Translations under genes and position numbers: made by a program
The notes under the pieces: model-generated
What the model was told of the DNA's origin: nothing
The model's database searches: none
Seen by the model: the letters and a program-made list of their open reading frames with translations, nothing else
Part shown: piece after piece, positions 19,459 to 29,097 of the stretch
Numbering within the stretch: position 1 is the first letter of the stretch
How the letters are laid out: every line of letters starts with the position of its first letter
DNA from: Mycoplasma sp. P36-A1
GTDB lineage: Bacteria > Bacillota_I > Bacilli_A > JAJDGJ01
Assembly: GCF_049478495.1 (NCBI RefSeq)
Contig: NZ_CP168083.1
Span: 892,450 to 924,449 of the forward strand
Length of the DNA: 32,000 nucleotides
Direction: 5' to 3'

Positions 19459-21231
19459 ATGACAAATCATATAAAAACATTTTTAACAACCTTACCACAT
19501 AAACCGGGTTGTTATTTAATGAAAAATAAACAAGGAAACATTATATATGTTGGAAAAGCTAAAGATTTAAAGAAAAGAGTAACATCATACTTTAATAAAG
19601 TACATAATGGAAAAACTCAATTACTTGTATCTGAAATTAATGATATTGAAGTAATACTTACATCTACTGAAAAAGAATCTTTAATACTAGAGATTAATTT
19701 AATAAAAAAGCATCGACCAAAATACAATATAATGTTTATGGATGATAAGTTTTATCCATATATTCAACTTACAAAAGAAAAACATCCAAAACTTAAAGTA
19801 GTTAGAAATACTAAATATAAAAATGCTACTTATTTTGGACCATTTCCTAATAGTGGAGCTGCCTGGGACACATTGCAATTAATAAATAAAATCTATCCAT
19901 TAAGAAAATGTAATGTATTACCCAAAAAAGAATGCTTATATTATCATATGCATCAGTGTTTAGCTCCATGTATTAAAGAAGTGACAAAAGAAGAATATGA
20001 TCCAATAATTAAAAAGATAAAATCTTTTTTAAATGGTAATACTAAAGAAATAATCCAAAATTTAGAAGAAAAAATGATAATTGAAAGTGATAAAATGAAT
20101 TTTGAAATGGCTTTAGAATATAAAAAACTAATAGATTCTATCAATATCACAACTAATAAACAAAGTGTTTTTAAATCTGATATGAAAGATAGAGATTATA
20201 TAGGAATATCTTTCAATCAAGATTATATTTCCATACAAATAATGATAATGCGTAATGGAATATTAATAGAAAGACAGGGTGATATTTTTCCATTGATTGA
20301 TGAAGTGAAAAACACAGTTGACTCATATATACTTCAATATTATGAATTAAATATTAAGCCTTCAGATATTTATATCTCTCAGCAATATTATTCAGATAAT
20401 TTAAATGAATTACTTGATGAAAAGCTAATTATCCCTCAAAAGGGAGATCACAAGAAGATGTTATTATTAGCTGATGAAAATGCTAAGAAATTATTAGAAC
20501 AAAAATATGAGATGGTTATTAATGATAATACTAAAGTAGAGTTTGCTTTAAAAGAGTTAACACAGATATTAAAATTAGAAACGGTAGTACATAGAATTGA
20601 AGCTTTTGATAATTCTACATTACAAGGTGAAAATTCAATTGGATCAATGGTCGTTTATGAAGATGGTCAACCTATAAAAAGTGAATACCGACAGTTTAAA
20701 ATCAAGGAGACTCAAATAGTTGATGATTATGCATTTATGAGAGAAGTTATTTATAGAAGATATTATAGAGTATTAATGGATGATTTAAAAAAACCTGACT
20801 TAATTATTGTGGATGGTGGTATTGGTCAAGTTAATATTGCTAGAAACATAATAGATGAGTTAGATTTGAAGATTAAAGTAATAGGTCTTGTTAAAGATGA
20901 TAAGCATAGAACATCACATATTTTAGATGATAATTTAAAAGAATATTATCTTGATAAGACATCTGAATTATTTTTCTTATTAACAAGAATACAAGATGAA
21001 GTTCATCGATATGCAATAGGTTTTCATCGAAAACTTAGATCTAAATCAATGTTTAGCACTGTGCTTGATGACATTCAAGGATTAGGTCCAGTTAGAAAGA
21101 AAAATTTACTAAAACACTTTAAAAGTTATAAAAAATTAAAAGATGCTAATTTAGAAGAGCTATTAAATATTGTCCCAAAAGAACAAGCAGAGCTATTATA
21201 TGAAAAGCTTCAAAATGATAAACAAATATAG
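19459..21231 (+). CDS. uvrC: Excinuclease ABC subunit C
   Basis: LPHKPGCYLMKNKQGNIIYVGKAKDLKKRVTSYF; CLAPCI; RIEAFDNSTLQGENSIGSMVVYEDG; DLIIVDGGIGQVN; IQGLGPVRKKNLLKHFKSYKKLKDA. Confidence 0.98.
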   Translation: MTNHIKTFLTTLPHKPGCYLMKNKQGNIIYVGKAKDLKKRVTSYFNKVHNGKTQLLVSEINDIEVILTSTEKESLILEINLIKKHRPKYNIMFMDDKFYPYIQLTKEKHPKLKVVRNTKYKNATYFGPFPNSGAAWDTLQLINKIYPLRKCNVLPKKECLYYHMHQCLAPCIKEVTKEEYDPIIKKIKSFLNGNTKEIIQNLEEKMIIESDKMNFEMALEYKKLIDSINITTNKQSVFKSDMKDRDYIGISFNQDYISIQIMIMRNGILIERQGDIFPLIDEVKNTVDSYILQYYELNIKPSDIYISQQYYSDNLNELLDEKLIIPQKGDHKKMLLLADENAKKLLEQKYEMVINDNTKVEFALKELTQILKLETVVHRIEAFDNSTLQGENSIGSMVVYEDGQPIKSEYRQFKIKETQIVDDYAFMREVIYRRYYRVLMDDLKKPDLIIVDGGIGQVNIARNIIDELDLKIKVIGLVKDDKHRTSHILDDNLKEYYLDKTSELFFLLTRIQDEVHRYAIGFHRKLRSKSMFSTVLDDIQGLGPVRKKNLLKHFKSYKKLKDANLEELLNIVPKEQAELLYEKLQNDKQI

Positions 21232-21265
21232 ACAATTAAATAGTTTTTAATAGTGTTATGAATGT

Positions 21266-21294
21266 TTGACATAAACTCTGAAATATGATAATAT
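21266..21294 (+). promoter_or_regulatory. Sigma-A promoter for the L21-L27 operon
   Basis: TTGACA - 17 nt - TAATAT immediately upstream of the leader. Confidence 0.8.
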
Positions 21295-21297
21295 TAC

Positions 21298-21375
21298 TAT
21301 GTTGTAGGCCTCGAATCTACAACCGCTCTAATATGGTATTAAGCGGATTTCCCACCATAAAAGGCGAGTCTAAGA
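21298..21375 (+). ncRNA. Ribosomal protein L21 leader RNA
   Basis: TGTTGTAGGCCTCG...CTACAACCGC...AGCGGATTTCCCACC...AAAGGCGAGTC directly upstream of rplU matches the Firmicutes L21 leader pattern. Confidence 0.88.
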
Positions 21376-21396
21376 AAATAATAGGAGGTGTATTTA

Positions 21397-21705
21397 ATGT
21401 ACGCAATTATCGAAACAGGTGGAAAGCAAATAAAAGTAATGGAAAACGATACAATTTTCGTTGAAAAACTTGATATTGCTGAAGGTGAAAGTGTTACTTT
21501 TGACAAAGTTCTTTTAGTAGGTGGAGATAGCACTAAAGTTGGTGCTCCATATGTAAAAGGTGCAACAGTAACTGGTAAAGTTGAAAAACAAGGTAAAGCT
21601 AAAAAAATCATTGTTTTCAAATATAAACCAAAGAAAAGCTCAAAAACTAAACAAGGTCATCGTCAACCATATACAAAAATTACAATTAGCTCAATCAACG
21701 CTTAA
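21397..21705 (+). CDS. rplU: 50S ribosomal protein L21
   Basis: [14 protein letters not shown]...; [14 protein letters not shown]. Track start GTG 21388; ATG 21397 preferred. Confidence 0.97.
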   Translation: MYAIIETGGKQIKVMENDTIFVEKLDIAEGESVTFDKVLLVGGDSTKVGAPYVKGATVTGKVEKQGKAKKIIVFKYKPKKSSKTKQGHRQPYTKITISSINA

Positions 21706-21707
21706 TT

Positions 21708-22013
21708 ATGACTAGCGTAAAAGTAGTTAGAAGTAATGACTTTGTTAATAGAATACAAATAAGTAATCACGCTAATGCAGCTGATTATGGAGAAGATGTT
21801 GTTTGTGCAGGAATATCTGCAGTAATTTTTGGAGGACTTAATGCATTAGTCATGTCAGGTTTAGATCAGACAAGAGTTGAAATTAAGGATGCCTTTGTCA
21901 ACGTGGATTTGACTCAAAATGAAAAGCTACAAATAATAGCTCAAACAATTATAATTCAATTAGAAACGATTCAGGAATCTTATCCTGACTATATAGACAT
22001 TCAAAATAATTAG
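21708..22013 (+). CDS. prp: Ribosomal-processing cysteine protease Prp
   Basis: Between rplU and rpmA; NHANAADYGEDVVCAGISAVIFGGLNAL gives the expected His and Cys region. Confidence 0.93.
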   Translation: MTSVKVVRSNDFVNRIQISNHANAADYGEDVVCAGISAVIFGGLNALVMSGLDQTRVEIKDAFVNVDLTQNEKLQIIAQTIIIQLETIQESYPDYIDIQNN

Positions 22014-22026
22014 GAGGTGTACTTAA

Positions 22027-22314
22027 ATGTTAAAATTTACATTAGACATTCAGTTCTTTGCATCTAAAAAAGGAGTTGGGTCAACGAAAAATGGTCGTGA
22101 CTCTCATTCTAAAAGACTAGGATCAAAAAAAGCTGATGGACAATTCGCTACTGCAGGTTCAATTTTATACCGTCAACGTGGAACTAAAATTTATCCTGGA
22201 ACAAACGTAATGAAAGGTGGAGATGATACTCTTTTCACTACGGTTGATGGAATTGTTAAATTCGAAAGAATGGGTAGAGATAAGAAAAAGGTATCTTGCT
22301 ATCCAGCTGAATAA
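22027..22314 (+). CDS. rpmA: 50S ribosomal protein L27 with cleavable N-terminal extension
   Basis: [58 protein letters not shown]. Confidence 0.97.
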   Translation: MLKFTLDIQFFASKKGVGSTKNGRDSHSKRLGSKKADGQFATAGSILYRQRGTKIYPGTNVMKGGDDTLFTTVDGIVKFERMGRDKKKVSCYPAE

Positions 22315-22322
22315 TACCAACT

Positions 22323-22352
22323 AAAGCATCCACGTGGATGCTTTTATTTTTT
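22323..22352 (+). terminator. Intrinsic terminator between rpmA and obgE
   Basis: Perfect palindrome AAAGCATCCACGTGGATGCTTT followed by TATTTTTTT. Confidence 0.8.
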
Positions 22353-22366
22353 TAAGGAGAGTAGAT

Positions 22367-23629
22367 ATGTTCATAGATAAAGTTAAGCTTGAACTTTTTG
22401 CCGGAGATGGTGGAAATGGGATAGTAGCATTCAGAAGAGAAAAATATGTACCAATGGGTGGACCAGCAGGTGGTGATGGTGGTTCAGGTGCAGATATTGT
22501 TTTTGTTGGTGATAGAAACTTATCAACACTTTTAGACTTAAGATATAATAGAATTATAAAAGCTGAAAAAGGCGAAAATGGTATGTCTAAAAGAAAACAT
22601 GGAAAAGGATCAAAACCAAGATATATTAAAGTTCCAGTGGGAACTATTATAAAAGATTTTAATAATGAATTGATAGCTGATATTACCAAAGATGGTCAAG
22701 AAGCAATAATAGCAAAAGGTGGTCGTGGTGGCCGTGGAAATGTTAGATTTTCTTCAAATGCTAATCCCGCACCTGATATTGCAGAAAATGGTGAACCAGG
22801 AGAAGCAATTGAAGTTATAGTAGAATTAAAATTACTTGCAGATGCTGGCTTAGTAGGAATGCCAAGTGTAGGTAAGTCTACATTACTTTCTGTAGTAACT
22901 GCAGCAAAACCAGAAATTGCCGATTATCATTTTACAACTATTGTACCTAATTTAGGTGTTGTTCAAGCAGATGATGGTTCATCATTTGTAATGGCAGATT
23001 TACCTGGATTAATAGAAGGTGCAAGTCAAGGTAAAGGTTTAGGACATCAATTTTTACGTCATATTGAAAGATGTAGAGTTATTGTACACATAATTGATAT
23101 GGCAGCAGTGGAAGGTAGAGACCCTATAGAAGATTTTGAAAAAATTAATAGAGAGTTAGAAGAATACAATCCATCATTGATGAAAAGACCAATGATAGTT
23201 GTTGCTAACAAAGCTGACATGGCTGGATTTGAAGAAAATTATAATAAATTTTATGATAAATATCGTGATCAGTATGAAATATTTAAAGTCTCAGCTATTA
23301 CAAAATCAGGATTATCAAGTGTACTTTATAGAATTAGTGAATTAGTAAGAGAAACTAATATTGTTTATGATACATTTGATACAGTTAAAGTGTATCGATT
23401 TGAAGATGAAGATTCATTTGATATAACTAAAGATGGGGATGTATTTGTATTAAGCGGTCCAAAAATAGAAAGACTATTTAAAATGACTAACTTTAATACA
23501 GAAGATGGAATCGCTAGATTTGCTAGAAAAATGCGCCATTTAGGAATTGATGATGCTTTAAGAAAAGCTGGAATTAAACATGGTGATTTAGTAAAAATAG
23601 AAGAATTCATGTTCGAATTTATTGACTAA
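22367..23629 (+). CDS. obgE: GTPase ObgE/CgtA
   Basis: Glycine-rich Obg fold, [13 protein letters not shown]-loop, [17 protein letters not shown] 22367 with AAGGAG; the track start at 22334 lies inside the terminator. Confidence 0.97.
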   Translation: MFIDKVKLELFAGDGGNGIVAFRREKYVPMGGPAGGDGGSGADIVFVGDRNLSTLLDLRYNRIIKAEKGENGMSKRKHGKGSKPRYIKVPVGTIIKDFNNELIADITKDGQEAIIAKGGRGGRGNVRFSSNANPAPDIAENGEPGEAIEVIVELKLLADAGLVGMPSVGKSTLLSVVTAAKPEIADYHFTTIVPNLGVVQADDGSSFVMADLPGLIEGASQGKGLGHQFLRHIERCRVIVHIIDMAAVEGRDPIEDFEKINRELEEYNPSLMKRPMIVVANKADMAGFEENYNKFYDKYRDQYEIFKVSAITKSGLSSVLYRISELVRETNIVYDTFDTVKVYRFEDEDSFDITKDGDVFVLSGPKIERLFKMTNFNTEDGIARFARKMRHLGIDDALRKAGIKHGDLVKIEEFMFEFID

Positions 23630-23642
23630 TAAAGGAGTAACA

Positions 23643-24392
23643 ATGATGGAAAACATACATGAATATATTGATTATTTAGTAGAGTGGATTAAGTCAGAAG
23701 TAACTGCTGCAAAATTAAAAGGAGCAATAGTTGGCGTTTCTGGTGGTATAGATTCAGCTGTTGTAGCAGCTTTGATAAAAAAAGCGTTTCCAAATGATTC
23801 AATGGGTTTAATAATACCAATTGAATCTTCAAAAAGTGATGTGAAGGATGCTTTAGAAGTCACAGAAAACATTAATCTAGAATATCAAATTGTTGATTTA
23901 AATGATACATATAAGGTAATTAGAGATACAATATCTAATGTCATTATTGAAACTAATGATTATGATATGGCCCTTGCAAATACTAAAGCAAGATTACGTA
24001 TGACTAGTATTTATGCAATTGCACAAAACTATGGTTATATGGTAATAGGGACAGATAATGCCTGTGAATGGTTTACAGGATACTTCACAAAGTATGGAGA
24101 TGGTGGCGTTGATTTAGCACCTTTAATTCAATTAAAAAAATCAGAGGTGTATGAGATTGCAAAAGAGTTAGGATTACCTAAAAGTGTCCAAACAAAAAAA
24201 CCATCAGCAGGATTAATAGATGGTGTAGATGATGAAGATGAATTAAAAGTTACTTATCAAGAGTTAGAAGCCTATATGGATGGAAAACCAGTAAGTGAAG
24301 TAGCTAAAAATAGAATAGAATATCTACACAAAGTATCAAGCCACAAAAGATCTGGAATTAGATTTCCCAAATTAAAGGCAAGTGATATGTAA
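23643..24392 (+). CDS. nadE: NH3-dependent NAD+ synthetase
   Basis: GVSGGIDSAVVAALIKKAFP; GTDNACEWFTGYFTKYGDGGVDLAPL; KKPSAGL. No glutaminase domain. ATG 23643 follows AAAGGAG. Confidence 0.96.
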   Translation: MMENIHEYIDYLVEWIKSEVTAAKLKGAIVGVSGGIDSAVVAALIKKAFPNDSMGLIIPIESSKSDVKDALEVTENINLEYQIVDLNDTYKVIRDTISNVIIETNDYDMALANTKARLRMTSIYAIAQNYGYMVIGTDNACEWFTGYFTKYGDGGVDLAPLIQLKKSEVYEIAKELGLPKSVQTKKPSAGLIDGVDDEDELKVTYQELEAYMDGKPVSEVAKNRIEYLHKVSSHKRSGIRFPKLKASDM

Positions 24393-24952
24393 TGATTGGT
24401 TATTTAAAAGGCATAATAATCACAAGCGTAAAAGATTATGTTGTTCTTAATGTTAATAATGTAGGCTACTCTGTAATTACGCCATACCCATTTGAATTTA
24501 AGTTGAATCAAGAAATTGAACTTCATATTTATACTCATGTAAGAGAAGACCAAATAACTCTATTTGGGTTTAAAACAACAACTGAAAAAGATGTTTTTTT
24601 AAAACTAATTCAGGTAAAAGGCGTTGGTCCTAAGGTTGCAATAGGTATACTTTCAGCAGTAGACTATAATCAACTAATGGATGCAATTGCAAGTGAAAAC
24701 ATTACATTTCTAAAAAAAATGCCTGGAATTGGTCCAAAGAGTGCAAATCAAATTATTCTTGATCTTAAAGGTAAAATTTCTCAAGTTAATTTATTTTCTA
24801 ATGAAACAAATGATTTAGAAGATGCAATAGAAGCTTTAATTGCTTTAGGCTATAAAGAAGTAGAAGTAAATAAAATAGCTAAAATATTAAATAAAGAAAT
24901 ATTATCAACCGAAGAGTACATTAAAAAAGGATTGCAATTATTATTAAAGTAG
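24392..24952 (+). CDS. ruvA: Holliday junction DNA helicase RuvA
   Basis: MIGYLKGIIITSVKDYVVLNVNNVGY; VKGVGPKVAIGILS; LKKMPGIGPKSANQIILDLKGK. Confidence 0.97.
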   Translation: MIGYLKGIIITSVKDYVVLNVNNVGYSVITPYPFEFKLNQEIELHIYTHVREDQITLFGFKTTTEKDVFLKLIQVKGVGPKVAIGILSAVDYNQLMDAIASENITFLKKMPGIGPKSANQIILDLKGKISQVNLFSNETNDLEDAIEALIALGYKEVEVNKIAKILNKEILSTEEYIKKGLQLLLK

Positions 24953-24961
24953 GTGTAATAA

Positions 24962-25963
24962 ATGAATGATATATTTAATAATGTAGAAAACAATGATGAA
25001 ATATCAGATGTTTTATTAAGACCGCAATTTTTAAAAGACTATATTGGCCAAGAACAGATTAAAGAAAATCTAAAGATATATATAGAAGCAGCCAAAAAAA
25101 GAGAAGAAGTTTTAGATCATGTGCTACTTTATGGGCCACCTGGTTTAGGTAAAACAACTCTTGCAACAATTATTTCAAATGAAATGCAAGGAGATATAAA
25201 ATATACTAGCGGTCCAGCACTTGAAAAAACAGGTGATTTAGCTGCTATGTTAACTGGGCTTCAACCAGGCGATGTCTTATTTATAGATGAAATACATAGA
25301 TTATCTAAAATAATAGAAGAAATACTTTACTCTGCAATGGAAGATTTCTATATAGATATAATAGTAGGTAAAGAAGAAACATCTAGATCAATAAGAGTAG
25401 AACTAGCACCTTTTACATTGGTAGGAGCTACAACAAGACTTGGAGATTTATCTAGTCCATTAAGAGATCGATTTGGAGTAGTAGAGAGATTAAATTACTA
25501 CTCTGATGAAGAGTTATCTAACATAATAATTAGAACTTGTAGAATTTTAGACATTGAAATAAAAAATACAGCAATATCAGATTTGGCAATAAGAGCAAGA
25601 AAAACACCAAGAATTGCCAATAGAATTCTTAAAAGAGTTAGAGATTTTGCACAAGTAAAAAATGATTCAATTATTGATGAAAAAATTGTACAAGAATCTT
25701 TAAAGGCATTAGGAATAGATGAACTAGGTCTTGATTATATTGATACCAAAATACTAAGTTGCATGGTTGAAGCTTTTGATGGTGGACCAGTTGGCTTAGA
25801 GTCATTAGCTGCAACTGTTGGTGAAGAGTCTTCTACAATAGAAGATGCACATGAACCATACTTGTTACAAAAGCAATTAATAAAACGAACGCAAAGAGGA
25901 AGAATGATTACAGATGAGGGTTATTTACATTATCAAAAGTTAATCAAAACGCGTGACATTTAA
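24962..25963 (+). CDS. ruvB: Holliday junction DNA helicase RuvB
   Basis: LRPQFLKDYIGQEQIKENLKIYIEAA; LLYGPPGLGKTTLA; VLFIDEIHRL; LVGATTRLGDLSSPLRDRFG. Confidence 0.98.
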   Translation: MNDIFNNVENNDEISDVLLRPQFLKDYIGQEQIKENLKIYIEAAKKREEVLDHVLLYGPPGLGKTTLATIISNEMQGDIKYTSGPALEKTGDLAAMLTGLQPGDVLFIDEIHRLSKIIEEILYSAMEDFYIDIIVGKEETSRSIRVELAPFTLVGATTRLGDLSSPLRDRFGVVERLNYYSDEELSNIIIRTCRILDIEIKNTAISDLAIRARKTPRIANRILKRVRDFAQVKNDSIIDEKIVQESLKALGIDELGLDYIDTKILSCMVEAFDGGPVGLESLAATVGEESSTIEDAHEPYLLQKQLIKRTQRGRMITDEGYLHYQKLIKTRDI

Positions 25964-25980
25964 ATAAATTATGATATAAT
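25953..25980 (+). promoter_or_regulatory. Promoter for the 6S-like RNA
   Basis: GTGACA - 16 nt - TATAAT overlapping the ruvB stop, 7-8 nt before the RNA closing stem. Confidence 0.7.
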
Positions 25981-25987
25981 AATAATT

Positions 25988-26130
25988 GTTAAAGGGCATA
26001 AAAAATTCCTCAAATGAGATAATTGGGAATGTGTGTCAGACAGTCGAAGTTGAGTCAATCATGATTCAGGAAATTGTTTGCAGCATACCCACCTGAACAT
26101 ATTCGGGATTTATCTTTGCCCTTTAACATT
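25988..26130 (+). ncRNA. ssrS: Probable 6S RNA
   Basis: Hand fold: closing stem GUUAAAGGGCA / UGCCCUUUAAC, large internal bubble with CCUGAA-CAUA-UUCGGG hairpin on the 3' side, then a long interrupted stem (GGGAAUGU/GCAUACCC, CAGACA/UGUUUG, UUGAGUC/GAUUCAG). Own promoter upstream and T-run downstream. Confidence 0.75.
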
Positions 26131-26151
26131 TTTTTATGAGGAGAGATTTTT

Positions 26152-27177
26152 ATGAAAAAAATAAAATATATAATTAGTGCACTTGTTATATTATTTATCA
26201 GTGGATGTTCAGCTCAGGAATCAAAATTCTCTGAGTCTTTTTTAGCATTTGATACATATATAAATGTAACAGTGTATTCAAGTAAAGAAGCTGATGCTAA
26301 TGTATATTTAGAAGAAGCAAAAGCATTGTATGAAAGTTACCACAAAAAATTTGATGCATATAATAATTACAATGGATTAAATAATATAAAAACTATTAAT
26401 GATCAAGCAGGAAAAGCACCTGTTGTAGTTGATCAAGATATTTTTGATTTAATAAAACAAGCCAAAGAATTATATGAACAAGGTAATACTAAAAATAATA
26501 TAGCACTTTATCCAGTTACCCAATTATATACCCAAAAATATAATGAGTATGAAGCTGGTAAAAAGAATATAAATAATCCAACTTCAAAGCAGTTAAAGAG
26601 TGCTAATAAATGTGTTAGTGTTGATAATATACAATTAGATAATGTTAAAAAAACAGTTTTTCTTAAAGAAAAGTGTAATAAAATAGATGTAGGAAGTACT
26701 GCAAAAGGTTATGTTACAGCCTTAGTTGCAAAAAAACTACAAGATGATGGTTTAAAAAGTGGTTTAATTAATGCAGGAGGAAATGTAGTTGCTATCAATA
26801 GCAAACCTGACAAAAGCAATTATGTAATAGGAATTGCAAATCCAGATAGTCCTTCTGAGTATAATGTTACATTATCAATAGCAAATAAAAATGTTGTAAC
26901 TAGTGGTGATTACCAAAGATATTATATGGTTGATGGTAAAAGAATGCACCATTTAATTGACCCAGACACTTTAAAACCAGGAAATTTACATCGCTCAGTA
27001 ACTGTAGTTTCAGATAATGGTTTATTAGCGGATTATTTTAGTACAGATGCATTTCTTCTACCAACAACTGAGATTGAAAAGCTATCTAAAAAATATAATT
27101 TTGAATATATAATTATAGATAAAGATGAAAAAGTAACTGTAAGTGATGGTATTAAAGATGCAGTTGAAATTAAATAA
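26152..27177 (+). CDS. apbE: FAD:protein FMN transferase, lipoprotein
   Basis: Lipobox LFISGCSA; DTYINVTVYS; IDVGSTAKGYVTALVAKKL; LINAGGNVVAI; VVTSGDYQRYYMVDGKRMHHLIDPDTL. Confidence 0.94.
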   Translation: MKKIKYIISALVILFISGCSAQESKFSESFLAFDTYINVTVYSSKEADANVYLEEAKALYESYHKKFDAYNNYNGLNNIKTINDQAGKAPVVVDQDIFDLIKQAKELYEQGNTKNNIALYPVTQLYTQKYNEYEAGKKNINNPTSKQLKSANKCVSVDNIQLDNVKKTVFLKEKCNKIDVGSTAKGYVTALVAKKLQDDGLKSGLINAGGNVVAINSKPDKSNYVIGIANPDSPSEYNVTLSIANKNVVTSGDYQRYYMVDGKRMHHLIDPDTLKPGNLHRSVTVVSDNGLLADYFSTDAFLLPTTEIEKLSKKYNFEYIIIDKDEKVTVSDGIKDAVEIK

Positions 27178-27547
27178 GGCAGATTTATTCATTACAATAA
27201 TATTTATAATACTAAGTGCTATTTCAATATTATATGTAAATACAAAACAAACAAGTAATACAAATAAAATTGCAAAGGTATATTATAAAAATAATGTAGT
27301 ACATACTTTTGATTTAAGTGATCCATCAAAAAAAACATTTGATGTTGAAGCAGTTAATGGACTAATAACAATTGAAAGTGAAAATGGGAAAGTTAGAGTT
27401 GTTGAAGAAACTTCAAGAAACCATATATGCTCAATACAAGGTTGGAGCGATTCAGAAATAACACCAATAGTATGTCTTCCAAATGAGCTATATATAAAAA
27501 TAGAAGGGGATACTCAAGACCATGAAGTAGATGGTATTATATCATGA
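27143..27547 (+). CDS. NusG domain II-containing membrane-anchored protein
   Basis: N-terminal TM, then GLITIESENGKVRVVEETSRNHICSIQGWSDSEITPIVCLPNELYIKI. The start may be ATG 27158 rather than 27143. Confidence 0.85.
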   Translation: MMVLKMQLKLNKADLFITIIFIILSAISILYVNTKQTSNTNKIAKVYYKNNVVHTFDLSDPSKKTFDVEAVNGLITIESENGKVRVVEETSRNHICSIQGWSDSEITPIVCLPNELYIKIEGDTQDHEVDGIIS

Positions 27548-28062
27548 AATCAAATACACAAAAAATTGTAACATTAGGATTATTTTTAGCAATAGCAATT
27601 ATTTTAAATATTGTAGAAAACATCACAATAAACATTATTTTTATTCCAGGGATTAAACTAGGTTTAGCAAATATAAGTATGATATTTATTTTATATTTTT
27701 ATGGGTATAAAGAAATGTTTGCTACTAATGTGCTAAGAATAGTAGTTGCAAATCTAATTACAGGTCAACTATTTGGTATGCCTTTTGTTATATCAATGGC
27801 GTCTGGTTTATTTAGCATGTTAATAATATTACCAATATATAAAAGTAAAGTTTTTTCTATTTATGGAATATCTATGACCCAAGCAATTACATTTAACTTT
27901 GCCCAAATAACAACAGTCTCACTTTTGTACTCATCAACAGTATTTTTCTATTATTTACCATATTTGCTACTAACTGGAGTAGTTACAGGTTTTTTAGTAG
28001 CTTTTATAGCGGTAAAAATAATCTATTTAATGAGACATACTTTAAAACCAATAAATGAATAA
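27544..28062 (+). CDS. Gx transporter / heptaprenyl diphosphate synthase component I-like membrane protein
   Basis: TLGLFLAIAIILNIVENI...IPGIKLGLANISMIFILYFYGYKE; ATG overlaps the upstream stop. Confidence 0.85.
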   Translation: MKSNTQKIVTLGLFLAIAIILNIVENITINIIFIPGIKLGLANISMIFILYFYGYKEMFATNVLRIVVANLITGQLFGMPFVISMASGLFSMLIILPIYKSKVFSIYGISMTQAITFNFAQITTVSLLYSSTVFFYYLPYLLLTGVVTGFLVAFIAVKIIYLMRHTLKPINE

Positions 28063-28092
28063 TATATAATAAAACAAAAGGAGGAATAATCA

Positions 28093-29043
28093 ATGAAATT
28101 TAACAATAATGATAAAACAGGAGTTTTATTTATCGTAATAGGACTATTAATGTTTTTAGCATCAATCCAAAATTTTTACAGCTTTTCTTTGTACTATGTT
28201 GTAATAAATGCATTAATCATATATGTTATTTATAGAGGAATTAGATCAACAGATATGATAATAACATTAGTAGGATTATCATTTTTAGTTATTATTAATC
28301 AAGATCAACTAGGAATTAGATTTTACAGTGATATCTATTTAATAGTAGCTGCATTTTTATTAGGAATAGGACTTAATAAAATCTTTGGATTAAAAAATAC
28401 AATGTCAATGAGTGAACGTGATGATCAATTTTCTGAGTCAGTTATTGGAAAAATATTTAAAACAACACCACATGATGATTCAAAAGGTAGTTTTTTTGAT
28501 GAACCAGCAAAAAAAGAAAGTAGCACTAAGAATGATAAACCATCATTTTTTAATGATAATCACACAACAGAAAGTAATGGTACATCTGATTCACTTGAAA
28601 ATAAAGATATAAATAAAGATATAAATAAAGAAATGACTGAAGATACTTTTAAAGAAGAAACAGCTAGTGATTCTTCTTTAAATAATACAACAACAATACT
28701 AGAAAATGAAAATTATTATGAAAATAATGAATTAATCAATATTTTCAATAGAGATGCAAGTGTAAACTATTGTGCTAAGGCAACAGAACTTACCGATGTA
28801 AAAATAGATAACAAATTTGGAAAAACTACTTTAGATTTAACACAAACGACATTTAGTAGATTAGGTGCTTTAGTTACTATTACTAATATTAATGGTGAAA
28901 TAATACTTATTATTAATAACAATGTAATTCTTAAAGATTTTGTAAATGATGAAATATCAGTTATTGATAATCAAGTAGCTAATAAAACATTAACTATTAA
29001 AGGTGAAAACAATAACGCTTCACTAATAGTTCAATATAAGTAA
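28093..29043 (+). CDS. LiaF/LiaI-like membrane protein
   Basis: N-terminal TM cluster, Asn/Asp/Lys-rich linker, then C-terminal beta-rich domain (FGKTTLDLTQTTFSRLGALVTITNINGEIILIINNNV) resembling the LiaF C-terminal region. Confidence 0.6.
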   Translation: MKFNNNDKTGVLFIVIGLLMFLASIQNFYSFSLYYVVINALIIYVIYRGIRSTDMIITLVGLSFLVIINQDQLGIRFYSDIYLIVAAFLLGIGLNKIFGLKNTMSMSERDDQFSESVIGKIFKTTPHDDSKGSFFDEPAKKESSTKNDKPSFFNDNHTTESNGTSDSLENKDINKDINKEMTEDTFKEETASDSSLNNTTTILENENYYENNELINIFNRDASVNYCAKATELTDVKIDNKFGKTTLDLTQTTFSRLGALVTITNINGEIILIINNNVILKDFVNDEISVIDNQVANKTLTIKGENNNASLIVQYK

Positions 29044-29074
29044 AAAAAAATGACATCTTAAATGTCATTTTTTT
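29044..29074. terminator. Bidirectional terminator between convergent genes
   Basis: AAAAAATGACAT-CTTAA-ATGTCATTTTTT. Confidence 0.85.
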
Positions 29075-29097
29075 ATATTAGATATACCACTTTTTAT

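Noticed and set aside
21339-21620. 93 aa minus-strand ORF across the L21 leader and rplU
   Set aside because: Overlaps a conserved structured leader and a ribosomal protein gene on the opposite strand.
22321-22689. 122 aa minus-strand ORF in the 5' part of obgE
   Set aside because: Pro/Ser-rich antisense frame over the Gly-rich Obg fold, a common artefact.
25988-26130. Considered as SRP 4.5S/scRNA, tmRNA or RNase P RNA
   Set aside because: Lacks the SRP GGAAGCAG tetraloop region, a tmRNA tag reading frame and RNase P GAGGAAAGTCC-type elements; the bubble-and-stem layout fits 6S better.
28412-28612. 66 aa plus-strand ORF inside the LiaF-like gene
   Set aside because: Alternative frame of the polar linker; no RBS and repetitive composition.
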